Origin: Chiloscyllium plagiosum
Taxonomy: Eukaryota
DNA: 64,000 nucleotides
Direction: 5' to 3'
NCBI RefSeq assembly: GCF_004010195.1
Contig: NC_057719.1
Coordinates: 21,426,892-21,490,891, forward strand
Shown here: piece by piece, positions 1 through 11,273 of the stretch
How the letters are laid out: every line of letters starts with the position of its first letter
Position numbering within the stretch: the first letter of the stretch is position 1
Translations under genes and position numbers: made by a program
Notes under the pieces: generated by a model
Database searches by the model: none
What the model was told of the DNA's origin: nothing
What the model saw: the letters and a program-made list of their open reading frames with translations, nothing else

Positions 1-1002
1 AGTGCTGACCCTTCCGCTGGCATGAAAAGAGTGTGGAGCGGTGGTTGTCAGGGGGATCAATGCTGGAATAATCCTGTCCAGACTCTGCCACGGGGTCAAC
101 AATCCGAATACTGGAATTGCAGTGGTCCTGGTCCTTATGAGGGCGTCCCTGGGGTAAAGGAGTTGTGGGATGACGTTGTGAGGCAGGGAGGGCCTGCTCC
201 AGATGGCGTATTTTGGATATGCGGTAATCAGGCATATTCCAAACTGCCCATGGGATGGGCTGGGGTATGCTTCCTGGGTCTAATACGACCTGCGTTCTTC
301 CTATTACCCCGGGAGGAAGGCGATGATTTGGGAGTTAAACTCTTTGACTCCCTGCGTAGGTCGCCAAGGGATATCCAAGTCGGTGATTGGGGGGATGAGT
401 GGCCACCGGCCCGTATTATTGAATACTACGGGCCTGCTACGTGGGCACAGGACGGATCATGGGGATACCGTACTCCTATCTATATGTTAAATCGAATTAT
501 CAGGCTCCAAGCAGTCGTAGAGGTCATTACTAATCAGACCGCCCTGGCCCTGGAGTTGCTGGCTAAGCAGCAGGATCAGATGAGGGCTGCTATATACCAA
601 AACCGGCTTGCCTTGGATTATCTGTTGGCCTCGGAAGGGGGCGTGTGCGTGAAGTTTAACCTGACTAACTGCTGTCTGAAAATTGACGATAATGGTAAAG
701 CGGTTTTGAAGATTTCCGATAAAATTCGGAAATTGGCCCATGTGCCGGTACAATCCTGGCGTCCTCTTGGTGGTATCGGATGGTGGGATGGTCTCCTAGG
801 TGGTAGTTGGTGGCGCACGGCGTTACTGGTGGCTGGGGGGGGCGTAGTGCTTCTACTCATCTTACCCTGCCTGATCCCCTGTGTTCAATCTTTAATCCAG
901 AAAAATATTTCCCAACTCCAGGCAGTGGCGGTACCCCAACATGGAACGCAGGAATTTAAGGTGCTGTTGCTGCGAAAGACCAAGGATTTCCCAGGCCCTT
1001 GA
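1..1002 (+). CDS. env: Endogenous retrovirus envelope glycoprotein (C-terminal SU + complete TM), ERV3/HERV-R-like gamma-type Env; 5' truncated by the window edge
   Basis: Frame is open from base 1 (SADPSAG-MKRV...) to TGA at 1000-1002. SU motif WICGNQAYSKLPMGWAGVCFLGLIRP; minimal furin site RRSPR; WPPARIIEYYGPATWAQDGSWGYRTPIYMLNRIIRLQAV block as recalled for ERV3 Env; immunosuppressive domain YQNRLALDYLLASEGGVC followed by CX7CC (CVKFNLTNCC); hydrophobic membrane anchor ALLVAGGGVVLLLILPCLIPC; short cytoplasmic tail. Confidence 0.95.
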   Translation, partial: SADPSAGMKRVWSGGCQGDQCWNNPVQTLPRGQQSEYWNCSGPGPYEGVPGVKELWDDVVRQGGPAPDGVFWICGNQAYSKLPMGWAGVCFLGLIRPAFFLLPREEGDDLGVKLFDSLRRSPRDIQVGDWGDEWPPARIIEYYGPATWAQDGSWGYRTPIYMLNRIIRLQAVVEVITNQTALALELLAKQQDQMRAAIYQNRLALDYLLASEGGVCVKFNLTNCCLKIDDNGKAVLKISDKIRKLAHVPVQSWRPLGGIGWWDGLLGGSWWRTALLVAGGGVVLLLILPCLIPCVQSLIQKNISQLQAVAVPQHGTQEFKVLLLRKTKDFPGP

Positions 1003-1035
1003 TGGGAAGAGGCTTATCTTTGTCATGCACATCTT

Positions 1036-1054
1036 AAAAAAAAAAGGGTGGAAT
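1036..1054 (+). other. Retroviral polypurine tract (PPT)
   Basis: AAAAAAAAAAGGGTGGAAT lies immediately before the TG that starts the LTR, 33 bp after the env stop. Confidence 0.85.
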
Positions 1055-1503
1055 TGTGAGAGATGATTTCGGTACAAACAATTGAGATGTGCATGACCCC
1101 AAAGTCTAAGGGGAATAGAGCCATAGGGGTAGGGTAAAACATGCTTCTCTATAATAAAGGACGAGACATCTGCTGCTACGGATTGATAAGACCACTCACA
1201 TAGACAGAGTAGAAAAACAAGTCCTTGATTGATAAGACTACAGGGTAGAAAAACAACTCGGGAAACGTCTGCTGCAGACTTTGTGATAAGGGATGGAAAA
1301 ATACTGACTGTTTAGAATGTGAACCTCGTGACTCTTTAGAGCTATAGAGGGGAGGGACTTGTCCTGTATTTAATCAGAAACATTGTTAGCCTCGGGGTGC
1401 CTTTTTCTCAGAAGGGTGGCCAACTCTGCAGACTTGCTAATAAAACTTTGTTTTCCTGAATTTGTCTAGAGCGATTATTGAGAAGCGATTTTCGTTTCTA
1501 ACA
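1055..1503 (+). mobile_element. 3' LTR of the ERV (~449 bp)
   Basis: Starts TGTGAGAGA right after the PPT and ends TTTCTAACA (imperfect TG...CA inverted termini). TATA-like TATTTAA at 1367-1373, AATAAA at 1439-1444, internal U3 repeats (GATTGATAAGAC x2, GTAGAAAAACAA x2). CR1 sequence resumes at 1504. Confidence 0.88.
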
Positions 1504-1984
1504 CTATGCATCCTAAATCTTGCCTAATCACATCATAATTGCCTTTCCCCCAGCTATAACTCTTGCCTGCGGTATATACCTATCCCTTTCCATCGTTAAA
1601 ATGAACATAACTGAATTGTGGTCACTATCACCAAAGTGCTCACCTATCTCCAAATCTAACACCTGGCCTAGTTCTTTAACCAGTACCAAATCCCATGTAA
1701 CCTCGCCTCCTGTTAGCCTGTCTACATACTGTGTCAAGAAACCCTCCCGCACACATTGCACAAAAACTGACCCATCTAAAGTCCTCGAATTATAGTGTTT
1801 CCACTCAATATTTGGAAAGTTAAAGACCCCCATAACAACTACCCTGTCATTCTCACTCCTATCCAGAATTATCTTTGCAATCCTTTCCTCTACATCTACT
1901 GAGGTAGTATGGGCTGAGGTTAGAAAGAGGAAAGAAGAGGTCACCTTGTTGGGAGTTTTCTATAGGTCTCCAAATAGTTCCAGG
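1504..1984 (-). mobile_element. CR1 LINE ORF2 endonuclease fragment with inverted 5' segment (1898-1984); host of the ERV insertion
   Basis: Minus-strand translation VVVMGVFNFPNI...DLVL...GEHFGDSDHN (APE endonuclease motifs). 1898-1984 reads TEVVWAEVRKRKEEVTLLGVFYRSPNSSR on the plus strand. Confidence 0.9.
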
Positions 1985-2330
1985 AACCATTTCACCCTGT
2001 CCACTCTGTTTAGTTTTCTGAACAATTTGAAAACTTTAATCACATTTCCTCTCAGTCTTCTCCTCTCTGCGGAAAATAGTCCCAATTTCTCCAACTTCAC
2101 AAAAGAAGTTTCTCCTCAACCTCTTTTGTACTCTCTCCAATATGGTCACATGCTTCCTAACGTGTGATGTCCAGAACTATAAACAATATTCTGTAACTGA
2201 TGTCTAACTCATGTCTTATACAGGTTCAACATAGTCTCCATGCTCTATATATTCGATGCCACTGTGAATAAAGTTAGGATTGCATGATTTATTAAAAAGA
2301 CTCTCCACTTGTCCTGCCTTCTTTCATGAC
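1985..2330 (-). mobile_element. Degraded CR1 LINE 3' region
   Basis: Antisense CR1-like motifs (tgtccagaactataaacaatattc ~ EYCVQFW; tcttctcctctctgcggaaaatagtcccaat ~ LGLFS.ERRRL). Confidence 0.6.
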
Positions 2331-2944
2331 TCCTGTCTCTCAGTAGTATGGAAATCCTTGGCCTTTCTCCCATAAATAGCCTCTATCTAATGGAGCTAAG
2401 AGACAATGCCTACACAATTTCAAGGTGTAGGGGGATGTCAGTGTTTTACTGCATGAGTCACAATAGCTTATTATACAATACAGCATGTAACCAAGAAGGC
2501 TAATGGGGATATCCTTTATTATGATAAATCATTTTCATCATTGGAAGAAGATGGGATATAGAGTTATGATTTTAAGCGTATATGCAAATGGTGTAAATGT
2601 CTTCACTGAACAGGAGACGTAAAGCAGCCTATGACCCGAAATCTGTTAATGTTGGTGGTGGTTGTTGTGTGTGATGAATCCCTAGAGCAGTACTCTATGT
2701 TGAACATTGTGTGTATAGAGAGTATCCAACTTATGAATGCTCATACTTAAGAATGCAATCCTATACAGAGGTGTAATTTAAAAGACACATAATATGAATA
2801 TTTCCTGTACTTACAAATGGCTGCTTTACATTGTTCAACATTATATTCCGACTTGCATACAAAACTGCTTGTAAACTGACTCCGGAATGGAACCCGTTCA
2901 CAATCCAAGGACTGCCTGTATGCTCTGGTCCTCAGTTACATTGA

Positions 2945-3142
2945 ACGTTAGACTCAGTTGGCTGGACAGTTGGTTTGTTAACCAGTCTGATGCTGAAAGT
3001 GTGAGTTCAATTCCTGTACCAGCGCAGATTACCCAAAAGGACTCTCCTTCTCAACCTCTCCCTTTGCCTGAGGTATGGTGGCCCTCGGGTCAGATCACCA
3101 CCAGCCATCTCTCAAAAATGAGAGAGCAGCCCTATGGTCACT
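2945..3142 (+). mobile_element. tRNA-derived SINE with conserved central domain (possibly MetaSINE-type)
   Basis: A/B-box-like head (agactcagttgg...gagttcaattcc), followed by a core ccttctcaacct...cctgaggtatggtggccctc...caccacc...atgagagagcagcc that recurs at ~27165-27250. Confidence 0.55.
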
Positions 3143-5226
3143 TGACTTGTAGCTTACTAATATCCACTGAGTTAGAAAAGCAAAAAACAAGTATCACAGC
3201 ACATTGTGACATGGTAAGCATGGTTATCTTATTTCGTTGTAATGAAATGTAACCTACAAAAGCACTGAAATATTTTCTTCTGCCTTTTAATCTGTACATA
3301 CCATGCAACATTAAAGCAGACGGTGGGACATATTGAACACTCAGCCTCTGAATTCGTGAATGTTATGGAACTGATGGCATTCTGGTTTAAAAATGAACAT
3401 TGGTGCAATTAGGAGAGGGAACACTTGGCGTATCTGCATGACTTCCTTCCAGCTGCTCTTTTAACAGAGGCATTAACCTACTTTAAAAGGCTTTTTGCCT
3501 CAAGTCAATCAGAGCAAGACTTGTTAAGTGCTCACTTGCCAATAGCAGTGACAGTCATTTCCAGCAAAGCAAGTGCAAGTCTGCAAGTGCGTAATGGGAG
3601 TTAACCCAAAACAACTTGCATAAAGCCATTCTCTCTGCACCTTAGGGAAAAAAACACAAATAAGCTTCTGCATTTGGTTGTGACTATATATATCTATATA
3701 TAAAAATACTGCTACTCACCACATCTATCTCTATGCACCCAAAGCGAATCAGGGCAAGGCAATGAAAATGCTGGTCATTACAGAATCTGACAATTACACT
3801 GCATAAAAATGGTACCAGTATAAAGCTCACAAATTGTGTTTCAAGTGATGGAAAACTAGGAGCCAGTCATCGTTTTTCTTAATTACACTTCAATGACTGT
3901 TATTTGACACTGCAATGATCTGACAGCCTTGCACAAAACCAGTAGTGATTGACAGCTCGCTGCATTATCACCTCATAACTTAGTGCGATCATGTTCCAAT
4001 TAATTTTTAAAAGCTACATATTAAAAACTCAGAAATGACTTTGAATTGCAATGTGATCTTCGCTTCCAAGATCACATCACAGCATTTGAACCCAGTGACA
4101 GGAATAAATGAAATGCAACTTTGAATACCGCAAACATGTTCTCTCGAAGATTTTATAAACTTGAGCAAACAGGGATAAAGAAAATTCAAGAGTCATTTCT
4201 GCTGCACAGCACTGATCACTAATGCAAACCTTAAATCTAACAACGTAAAGTGTATCGGTGAAGGACTGAGACTTTACAGTATCCATACAGTTAGCTGAAT
4301 TATTCCAAATATGAGTTGCAGCAGTTGAATATGCTGCAGCAACTCCTTCAACTGTAAAATCTACATTTTTATATAAACAACCCTTACGACAATCTTCAAT
4401 TACTTTAGAACAGATGCTTATGCTTCCTGTTTGATGGACAGGATGATTGACATAACTAATAATAGATGCACACAAGGAGATGTTGCAAAAAGTGCTGTAA
4501 CTGCCATGGATGGAGAAAATAAAGTAGCACTTAGTCTCCAGATTATTAAAATAGAAGATTTTGCAATAATTCCCTTTCAAATTAAACCAAGTCTTGTTGT
4601 TATTTGTCATTCTACAGCAGAGAGCAAGAATTATATTGCTTATTACAAGTAACAAACTAAATATGAAGTGTCAGCAGTTCATGAATTGCAAATTTTGTTT
4701 CGAGTTTTGTGCTAAAATCAGAGACTCTTACAGTCAACATGAATTTACGAAAAGTAATTTTATTTTTTGCAAATTTATTAGTGGTTATTGAGGTGGTTAA
4801 GGACAACCAAATGTGTATTCAGATTTTCAAAATAAGTGTTTGTTAAGATGCCCAGCAAAAAGATAACACAAAATTAGAGTTCTTGAGGTTGGGGACCATA
4901 CATTGACTTAGAGTGAGGATCAGTAAGTTGTCAGGCAACCTGAAAGCAGATGCAAGTTTTACATTTTTGCAATGGCAGGCTGTAATTAGTGAGATACCAC
5001 AAACAATCACTATTGAAGACTGGGATGTAATGATTGAGTCTCATGTCTCCAAGTGTAATTATGATATAAAGACAATAAAAAATAAGCTCTGAGAAAGCAA
5101 AACGAGATGGAGAAGTTAAGCATATAGAGAATTGGAATACAATGTAACAAGGTCTGAAGTTATCCAATTTGGAAGGAAAACTAAAAAAAAACATAATACT
5201 TCTTTCAACAGTATGAAGTTGGAAAA

Positions 5227-8200
5227 TAGAACATAGAGCATACAACAGTACAGCACAGTACAGGGCCTTTGGCCCTCGATGTTGTGCCGACCTTTTATCC
5301 CATTCTAAGATCAGACTAACCTACATACCCTTCATTGTACTATCTTTCATGTACCTACCCAAGAGTGGCTTAAACATCCCTAATATCTCTGACTCCGCTA
5401 TGACTGTCGGCAGTGCATTCCACACACCCACCACTCTCTGTGGAAAGAACAGACCTCTTGACATCTCCCCTAAACCTTCCTCAATCACCTTAAAAATTAT
5501 GCCTCCTTGTGATAGACATTTCTGCCATGGGAAAAAGTCTTTGGCTATCCACACTCTCTGTGCCTCTCAACATTTTGTACACCTCGATCAAGTCATCTCT
5601 CATCCTTCTTCGCTCTAATGAGAAAAGCCCTAGCTCCCTCAACCTTGCTTCATAAGACATACCCTCCAGTCCAGGCAGCATCCTGGTAAATCTATTCTGC
5701 ACCCTCTCTAAAGCTTCCACATCCTTCCTATAGTGAAGCGGCCAGAACTGAACACAATATTCCAAGTGTAGATTAACCAGGGCTCTATAGTCTAACCAGT
5801 GCTCCCCCGCTAATGAAAGCCAACACACTATACACCTTCTTAACAACCCTATCAAATTGGGTGACAACTTTGAGGGATCTATGGACATGGACCTAAACAC
5901 TGCCAAGAATCCTGCCTTTCACCCTGTATTCTGCATTCAAATTTGATCTTCCAAAGTGAATGACTTCACACTTTTCCAGGATGAACTCCATCTGCCAGCT
6001 CTGCATCCTGTTAATGTCCCAATACAACCTACAACAGCCCTCCACACTATCCACCATTCCACCAACCTTTGTGTCATCGGCAAACTTACTAACCCACCTT
6101 TCCACTTCCTCATCCAAGTCATTTCTAAAAATGAAAAAGAGCAGAAGTCCCAGAACAGATCCCTGCAGAACACCACAAGTCACCAAGCTTCAGGCTCAAT
6201 ACTTTCCATCTACTACCACTCTCTGTCTTCTATGGGCCAGCCAATTTTGTATTCAGACAGCCAAATTTCACTGTAACCCATGCCTCCTTACTTTCTGAAT
6301 GAGTCTGCCATGGAGAACCTTATTACCCTTATCACCTTATCGCCCTATTATAGGAAAGATGTGGATCCAATAAGGTTTGTGAGGCATGACCTGCCCCTCA
6401 CAAAGCCATGCTGTCTATCTCTAATCAAATTATGATTTTCCAAGTAATCATACAACCTATCTCTCAGAATCCTTTCCAATACTTTGCCCACCATTGACAT
6501 AAGACTGACTGGACTGTAATTCTCAGGATTATCCCTTTTCCTTTTCTTGATCAAGGGAATAACATTTGCCGCCTCCAATCATCTGGCACTACTCCAGTGG
6601 ATAGTGAGGACCCAAAGGTCAATGCCAAAGGCACAGCAATCTCTTCCCTCACTACCTGTAGTAACCTAGGATATATCCCATTTGCCCCAGGGGATTTATC
6701 TATCCTTATGCTTTTCAAAATTTTCAACACATCTTTCTTCCTAACATCAACCTGTTCGAGCATATCAGTCTGTTTCATGTTGTCCTCAGAAATATTAATG
6801 CCCCCTCAGAAGTGAATACTGAAGCAAAATATTTATTAAGGGCCTCCCCTACTTAAAGTCATAGAGTCATAGAGGTGTACAGGACAGAAACAGACCCTTC
6901 GGTCCAACTCGTCCAGGCTGACCAGATATCCCAACTCAACCTAGTCCCACCTGCCAGCACCCAGCCCATATCCCTCCAAACCCTTCCTATTCATATAACT
7001 ATCCAAATGCCTTTTAAATGTTGCAATTGTACTAGCCTCCACCACTTCCTCTGGCAGCTCATTCCATGCATGTACCATCCTCTGAGTGATGCCTCTTAGG
7101 TCTATTTTATATCTTTCCCCTCTCACCCTAAATCTATGCCCTCTAGTTCTGGACTCCCCCACCCCAGGGAAAAGACTTTGTCTATTTATCCTATCCACGC
7201 CCCTCATGATTTTATAAACCTCGATAAGGTCACCCCTCAGCCTCCGACGCTCCATGGAAAACAGCCCCAGCATATTCAACCTCTCCCTATAGCTCAAACC
7301 CTCCAATCCTGGCAACATCTTTTCTGAACCCTTTCAAGTGTCATAATATCTTTCCAATAGGAAGGAGAACAGAATTACACACAATATTCCAACAGTGGCC
7401 TAACCAATATCTTGTACAGCCGCAACATGACCTCCCAACTCCTGTATTCAATATTATGACCAATAAAGGAAAGCATACCAAACACCTTCTTCACTATCCT
7501 ATCTACCTGCGACTCCACTTTCAAGGAGCTATGAACCTGCACTCCAAGGTCTCTTTATTCAGCAACACTCCCTAAGACCTTACCATTAGGTGTATAAGTC
7601 CTGCTACGATTTGCTTTCCCAAAATGCAGCACTAGTTCTTCTGACTCCAGGAGTAAGTTCCCTCCACTAAGCCTGATCGGCCCACCCTCATTCTGGCTAT
7701 CCTCTTGCTCCTCACAGAAGAGTAGAATGCCTTAGGGTTTTCCATAATCCTACCTCCTAAAGCTTTTTTATGCCCTCTTCTAGCTTTCCTAAGTCCATTC
7801 TTCAGTTCCTTCCTGGCCACCTTGTAACCTTCTAAAGCCCTGTCTGATCCTTGCCTCCTCAACCTCAAGTAAGTTTCCTTCTTCTTCGTGACTAAATGTT
7901 CCACATCCCTTGTCACCCAAGGTTCTTTCAACCTACCATCCCTTCCTTGCCTCAGTGGGACAAACCATCCAGCACTATCAGCAAGTCCTTCTGAAACAAC
8001 CTCCACATTTCTGTCATGCATTTCCCTGAGAACATCTGTTCCCAATTTAGGTGTCCCAGTTCCTACCTAATAACATTGTAATTCCCCCTCCCCTAGTTAA
8101 ATCCTTTCCCATACTGTCTTCTCCTATCCCTCTCTATGAGTACAGTAAAGGTCAGGGAGTTGTGATCACTATCACTGAAATGTTCTCCCACTGAGAGATC

Positions 8201-8780
8201 TGACAGCTGGCATGGTTTTTGATTTGCACCCGTACTGACTCTGTGGGCAAACCCTCCTTCATGATCTCTCTTTTTGTAGCTGTGATATTATCACCGATTA
8301 ACACTCCTCCACCTCTTTTACACCCACTCATTTCTTTTAAACCCTGGAACATCCAACAACCATTCCTGCCCCTATAATATCCAAGTCTCTGTCATTGTTC
8401 TAAGTACTGATCCATGCTCTGAGTTCAGCAGCCTTATTCCTGATACTTTTTGTAATAAAATCGACACACCTCAACCCATCACACTGACTGCAACTTTGCC
8501 CTATCAAGTCCTTCATGTACAGCTCCCATCTTGCCCAGAAGATATCCCAATAATCCACATATCTGCAGCTCTCCTTCCTACACCAGCCCTGCAGCCATGT
8601 ATTGTTCTGCCCTCATTGTCTATTCCTAGCCTCACTAGCATGTGGCACTGGTAGCAATTCTGAGATTACTAATCTGCTCGTCCTGCCTTCTAGCTTCCTA
8701 CCTAACTTCCTCTACTCTCTTTTTAGGTCCTTCTCCCTTTCCCTACCTGTGACTTTGTACCGATGTGTACCACGACATGT
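5227..8780 (-). mobile_element. Long CR1 (HER1-like) LINE: ORF1 esterase remnant, endonuclease, RT and 3' UTR; frameshifted
   Basis: Minus-strand ORFs: LEYCVQFW..HYRKDVEALERVQ, GVLQGSVLG..KFADDTK, ANVIPLIKK..PENYSPVSL, IDKSPG..GIYPRLL, NPKAFYS. The SGNH-esterase-like ORF1 remnants VVVHIGT (8757-8777) and RLVISELLPVPHASEAR lie at ~8620-8700. TAGAACATAGAG tail at 5227. Confidence 0.93.
6857..7632 (-). mobile_element. 5'-truncated CR1 LINE nested inside the long CR1
   Basis: Has its own (AGAGTCAT)n tail at 6857. ORF MLPGLEGLSYRERL..LGLFSMERRRLRGDLIEVYKIM. The outer element resumes collinearly at ~7636. Confidence 0.92.
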
Positions 8781-9509
8781 TAGTCCCTGGGTGTCCTTGG
8801 ACATGATTCACAAAATGTTATGAAGTGTAGGTGCAACAGTAATTAGGAAAAGGAGTGTCATATTAGTCTATTACAAAAAGATTGGAATGGAAGAGTGGGA
8901 AACTGTAATTGTATGAGATGTTGGTGAGATTATAACCAGAGTACTGTGTACAGTTTTTGTTTCCTTATCTGAGGAAGGGTACGTTGACCTTGGAGGTAGT
9001 GTAACAGATTCACCGAATTGATTCTTTGGAGGAAGGTTTTGTTCTATGTATGAGATTAAGTTGTCTGGGCCTATCATCATGAAATAGAGGAGAATGAGAG
9101 GCAATCTCATTGGAGTTGTGTAATTCACAAGTGGATTGATGGGGTAGATGATGGATGTGTCCTCTGGTTTGGGCATTCTTGACTTTCAGTGACTCAGAAT
9201 AAAGACTAGCCATTTAGAACCTCAGTGAGAAATTTCATGATGTGGAAGGCTATGAAAAGGCTCAGTTGGAGGTGATAGGAGTCTAGCCTATCAACTGTAT
9301 AGCAGGTGGAAGCCCCATATTGTTGCAATATTAGACTTATCCTAAACTACTGAATATCAATGCCCACTTCGACAGGATACAAAGGATCATTCACATGACA
9401 GGCTGGGCAATCTAAAACAGCAGTGAGAGGACTAAGATGCACTATATTCAGCTCCTAATAACTATGATTTCTCAGTAGTTAATTCTTAAATTAAAGCACA
9501 TTATTTTTG

Positions 9510-9790
9510 GTATTTTTGTTCATTCATGGGATGTGGACATCACTTGTAAGGCCAGAATTTGTTGCGCATTTATAATTGGCCTTGAACTGAGTGGCTAGTC
9601 ATGCAATCTCAGAGTGCAGAAAAGAGCCAACCACATGCTGTGGGTCAACAGACACATATTGATGTCTTGCTTTGAAGGACAATGGTTGACAGCTTTCATG
9701 GTCACCATTGCCAAGACTGGATTTTCATTCTAGATTTAAGATTTGAAGTTAAAATTTCATTAAATGCCATGGTAGGATTTGTACTCTCTT
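9510..9790 (-). mobile_element. Degraded SINE with LINE-derived tail; related copies at 23555-23900, 32000-32340, 54040-54140
   Basis: Shared motifs attcatgggatgtgg...ggccagaatt..., caaccacat..tgtgggtc, aaatttca..tgccatggtaggatttg among the copies. Confidence 0.55.
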
Positions 9791-10347
9791 GAACGTAAGC
9801 TTGCAGGTATACCCATAGGGAAGGTAACCATGGACATTGCATTGGATATTACCTTCACAACACCATCTCTTCATCAATGTTTGTGTTGTTTGTGTGAGGT
9901 TGGTACATTCATATCCAGAAAAAGGAATGGCACATCCATCAACTTATCTGGGAAGATCCATAACATTGATTAATGTTCAGAATATTGTTTAGAGCAGGGA
10001 TAGGCCTTTCCTGAGGTCATGGACCTTCAAAGTGGATGTCTTCCATTGAAAGGGAATTCCACCAAGGAGGTGATTGTGACTTGTATGACATCCATCCATG
10101 GCCTTGTGTCATTGCTGGAGCTGAGGACGCCGTTGAGAGCGGTGTCTCAGGAGTGAGAGGTTTGGGCAGGGGAGAGGGGGTTGTCGACAATTGGGAAGGC
10201 AGCTCTCAGCAGCCCCCACCCACATATTGGCTCACACAAGTTCGCTTGTTGTCTTTCCCCCCTGTGCACAAATGAGTTAGTACCAGTGGCAATAGGATGA
10301 CTCCCTTAAGTTTTCATCGATGGATTTAATCAGGGAGAGGTGGAAAG

Positions 10348-11273
10348 GTAAAACCAATGACTGCAGATGCTGGAAACCAGATTCTGGATTAGTGGTGCTG
10401 GAAGAGCACAGCAGTTCAGGCAGCATCCAAGGAGCTTCGAAATTGACGTTTCGGGCAAAAGCCCTTCATCAGGAATAAAGGCAGTGAGCCTGAAGCGTGG
10501 AGAGATAAGCTAGAGGAGGGTGGGGAGAAAGTAGCGTAGAGTACAATGGGTGAGTGGGGGAGGGGATGAAGGTGATAGGTCAGGGAGGAGAGGGTGGAGT
10601 GGATAGGTGGAAAAGGAGATAGGCAGGTAGGACAAGTCCAGACAAGTCATGGGGACAGTGCTGAGCTGGAAGTTTAGAACTAGGATGAGGTGGGGGAAGG
10701 GGAAATGAGGAAACTGTTGAAGTCCACATTGATGCCCTGAGGTTGAAGNNNNNNNNNNNNNNNNNNNNNNNNNNNNNNNNNNNNNNNNNNNNNNNNNNNN
10801 NNNNNNNNNNNNNNNNNNNNNNNNNNNNNNNNNNNNNNNNNNNNNNNNNNNNNNNNNNNNNNNNNNNNNNNNNNNNNNNNNNNNNNNNNNNNNNNNNNNN
10901 NNNNNNNNNNNNNNNNNNNNNNNNNNNNNNNNNNNNNNNNNNNNNNNNNNNNNNNNNNNNNNNNNNNNNNNNNNNNNNNNNNNNNNNNNNNNNNNNNNGG
11001 TTGGAGGGGTTGAGTCTGAGGGCGGAATTGCGGGATGTGGATGAGATGCGTTGGGGGGCATCTTTAACCACGTGGGAAGGGAAATTGCGGTCTCTAGAGA
11101 AGGAGGCCATCTGGTGTGTTCTATGGTGGAACCGCTCCTCCTGGGAGCAGATACGGCGGAGGCGGAAGAATTGGGAATACGGGATGGCATTTTTGCAAGA
11201 GGTAGGGTGGGAAGAGATGTAATCCAGGTAGCTGTGGGAGTCGGTGGGTTTGTAAAAAATGTCAGTGTCAAGT
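10348..11273 (-). mobile_element. Penelope-like retroelement, 5'-truncated (RT C-terminal region + 3' pLTR with hammerhead core); spans an N gap
   Basis: Minus-strand translation TDIFYKPTDSHSYLDYISSHPTSCKNAIPYSQFFRLRRICS is typical of PLE RT. The pLTR at 10348-10600 carries CTGATGA-AGGGC-TTTT-GCCC-GAAACGTC. 12-bp direct repeat AGAGGTGGAAAG at 10336-10347 and 11379-11390. Confidence 0.9.
10445..10472 (-). ncRNA. Minimal hammerhead ribozyme core (PLE family A)
   Basis: Reverse complement reads CUGAUGA-A-GGGC-UUUU-GCCC-GAAA-CG-UC, with the conserved HHR core, stem II and a palindromic ACGU in place of stem III. Confidence 0.7.

Larger units (their letters stand above)
4950..9330 (+). mobile_element. 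Old plus-strand CR1 LINE 3' region, split into 4950-5226 and 8780-9330 by a younger CR1
   Basis: The left part ends after a KSEVIQFGRK-like motif and the right part resumes with LGVL..DSQ..QVQQVIRK, the collinear CR1 RT C-terminus. Confidence 0.65.

Noticed and set aside
4077..4655. 192-aa minus-strand ORF
   Set aside because: No ATG-based gene context, AT-rich composition and no recognisable domain; likely a chance ORF.
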